Assembly: GCF_009914755.1 (NCBI RefSeq)
Contig: NC_060937.1
Reading direction: 5' to 3' (one strand)
DNA: 64,000 nucleotides
Source: the human T2T-CHM13v2.0 reference genome, Homo sapiens
Shown here in pieces: positions 62,141 to 64,000 of the stretch. The notes under the pieces were generated by a model, which was given only the letters and a program-made list of their open reading frames with translations, searched no databases and was not told where the DNA came from. The position numbers and the translations under genes are program-made. How positions within the stretch are numbered: the first letter of the stretch is position 1; the number at the start of each line of letters is the position of its first letter.

Positions 62141-63557
62141 GGGTGGAGAACAGTGGGTGTATGCCTTGAGAGCATCACAGACACAGAGTCTGTGTCTGTG
62201 GCTTAACACATTTGTTAAATGCAATAGCTAAGATAGGCTGTGTGTACCTAGAAGCATACATGCAAAGTGCCATGAGTCTCCTGCATGCCACCTTTCCAAG
62301 TGGTGCTTATAATTAGTATAGCCTGCTTTTACCTCCGAGGAAACTGGGGCATAAAACCCTTAAGAATTTGCCCTAGGCCGTAAAGTTCATGAGGAGGGGC
62401 ACCGGGATTGAATCTCAAACCATTAACTCTGTATTACTGTGCAATACTCACTTTCTAATAGAAAGGCACGACATAGGTACTAGCCAGCGTCCAGTAGAAG
62501 ACAAAAAGTCCACCAAAGAAGGTAGTTTGAATAGGATGCATTTAATATTAATATTATCTAATAAAGGTAGATTAATTACAAAGGCGGGGGGTAAAGATAA
62601 TGCTGAAAACTAACAGAACAACAGATATAGGAAGCAGCCACTGTTCCCCACATCGGGGAGAGTATCTGGAAGAGGACCCTCAGGGATTGAAATGTAGACC
62701 CTTTTAGAGAGGATGTGGCAGTGGCCTCTGCATGGTGGGGAAATTCACGGAGGCTGGTTCTGGCAATCAGGAAGCTATTGGCTAAGTGGCAGCAAACCTG
62801 GCTGGAGGGTGTGCACCACTGGGTACCCACCACAGTGGGCAAGAACAAGAAGGAACATCCTGGGCCAGTGAGAGGAGCCTGTTCCTCCTGCAGTGCCTCT
62901 CCTCCCTCAACTGCCAGAGCCACCACTGTAAATCTGAAATCTCTTCTAAGTGGTCCAATGTCAGTGAATTAATATTCTGCCCTTGTTTGTCTAATGTTGT
63001 AAGAATCCACGTTTACCTGTGTTCCCCAGGTATGTAGGTATGTTAACATTTTTGCATACATACCTTCATACCTGGGGAATGTCTCCTTCAGCCACAGAAG
63101 TAATATCTGCACCCTGCATCTGCTATTCCCATATTCTTCAGAGTTCTCCAGATTACATTCAGTAGTTATTTCCTTTTTACTCGTTAATTATTCATATCCA
63201 GTCTCTCTTGTTAAAATTATTGGTGGAAATTCTGGCTCCTAGAGAAAGATATATGTCATATAAATGTAAAATCTTTCAGTTCTCTTGATGAGTCAGCTGC
63301 CTCCTGCAGAGTCCTAATATTTACTTTCCCCAGACGATACTGGGATTTCACTCTAGGCATGAATCTAGCAGAAACAGGGGGTAGTTACGGTGGGACTAGA
63401 AGAAAATAAGTATCCTCTTTCAAGGCATTTTTTCCCGGTGAAGTCATCACAGTTTTTCAGTGAACAATGGGACATCTCCTCAGTCACAGGAGGTCAAGCT
63501 GCTTCCCCTGGCGAGGAAGACTCAGGGTGACTTCAGGGCTCAAGATTGTCTGTTTCA

Positions 63558-63875
<318 letters not shown>

Positions 63876-64000
63876 CTAACCAGATATTGCCATTTCAGGT
63901 CTCAGGACACTAGTCCATCGCAATTAACAAGAACTTTCAGAAAATAATTTGATAAGACAGTGAATTCACTGGACATGGTACTTCAGCAACCTACACAATT

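Overview
AT-rich, repeat-dense primate (human or great-ape) genomic DNA that is almost entirely intronic. The only protein-coding sequence I can support is one 144-nt, phase 0-0 internal exon (12682-12825, + strand) encoding ankyrin-repeat sequence [49 protein letters not shown] recognise this from memory as the N-terminal ankyrin region of myosin XVI (MYO16). The rest is Alu, L1, L2, MIR, MaLR/ERVL LTR and MER DNA-transposon relics. I found no new multi-gene system. The strongest unexplained structure is a full-length antisense L1PA element whose real target-site duplication lies about 900 bp beyond its own poly(A). It therefore carries a 3' transduction of foreign genomic DNA, and the whole insertion splits a MER82 element. 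Other notable signals: a duplicated segment that preserves a minisatellite both before and after expansion, a frame-preserving 60-nt cryptic-exon candidate, a 28-bp near-perfect hairpin, an L1 antisense-promoter donor in phase with the host gene, and several template-switch scars. Repeat subfamily names come from remembered consensus sequences, not from a database search, and boundaries of old repeats are approximate.
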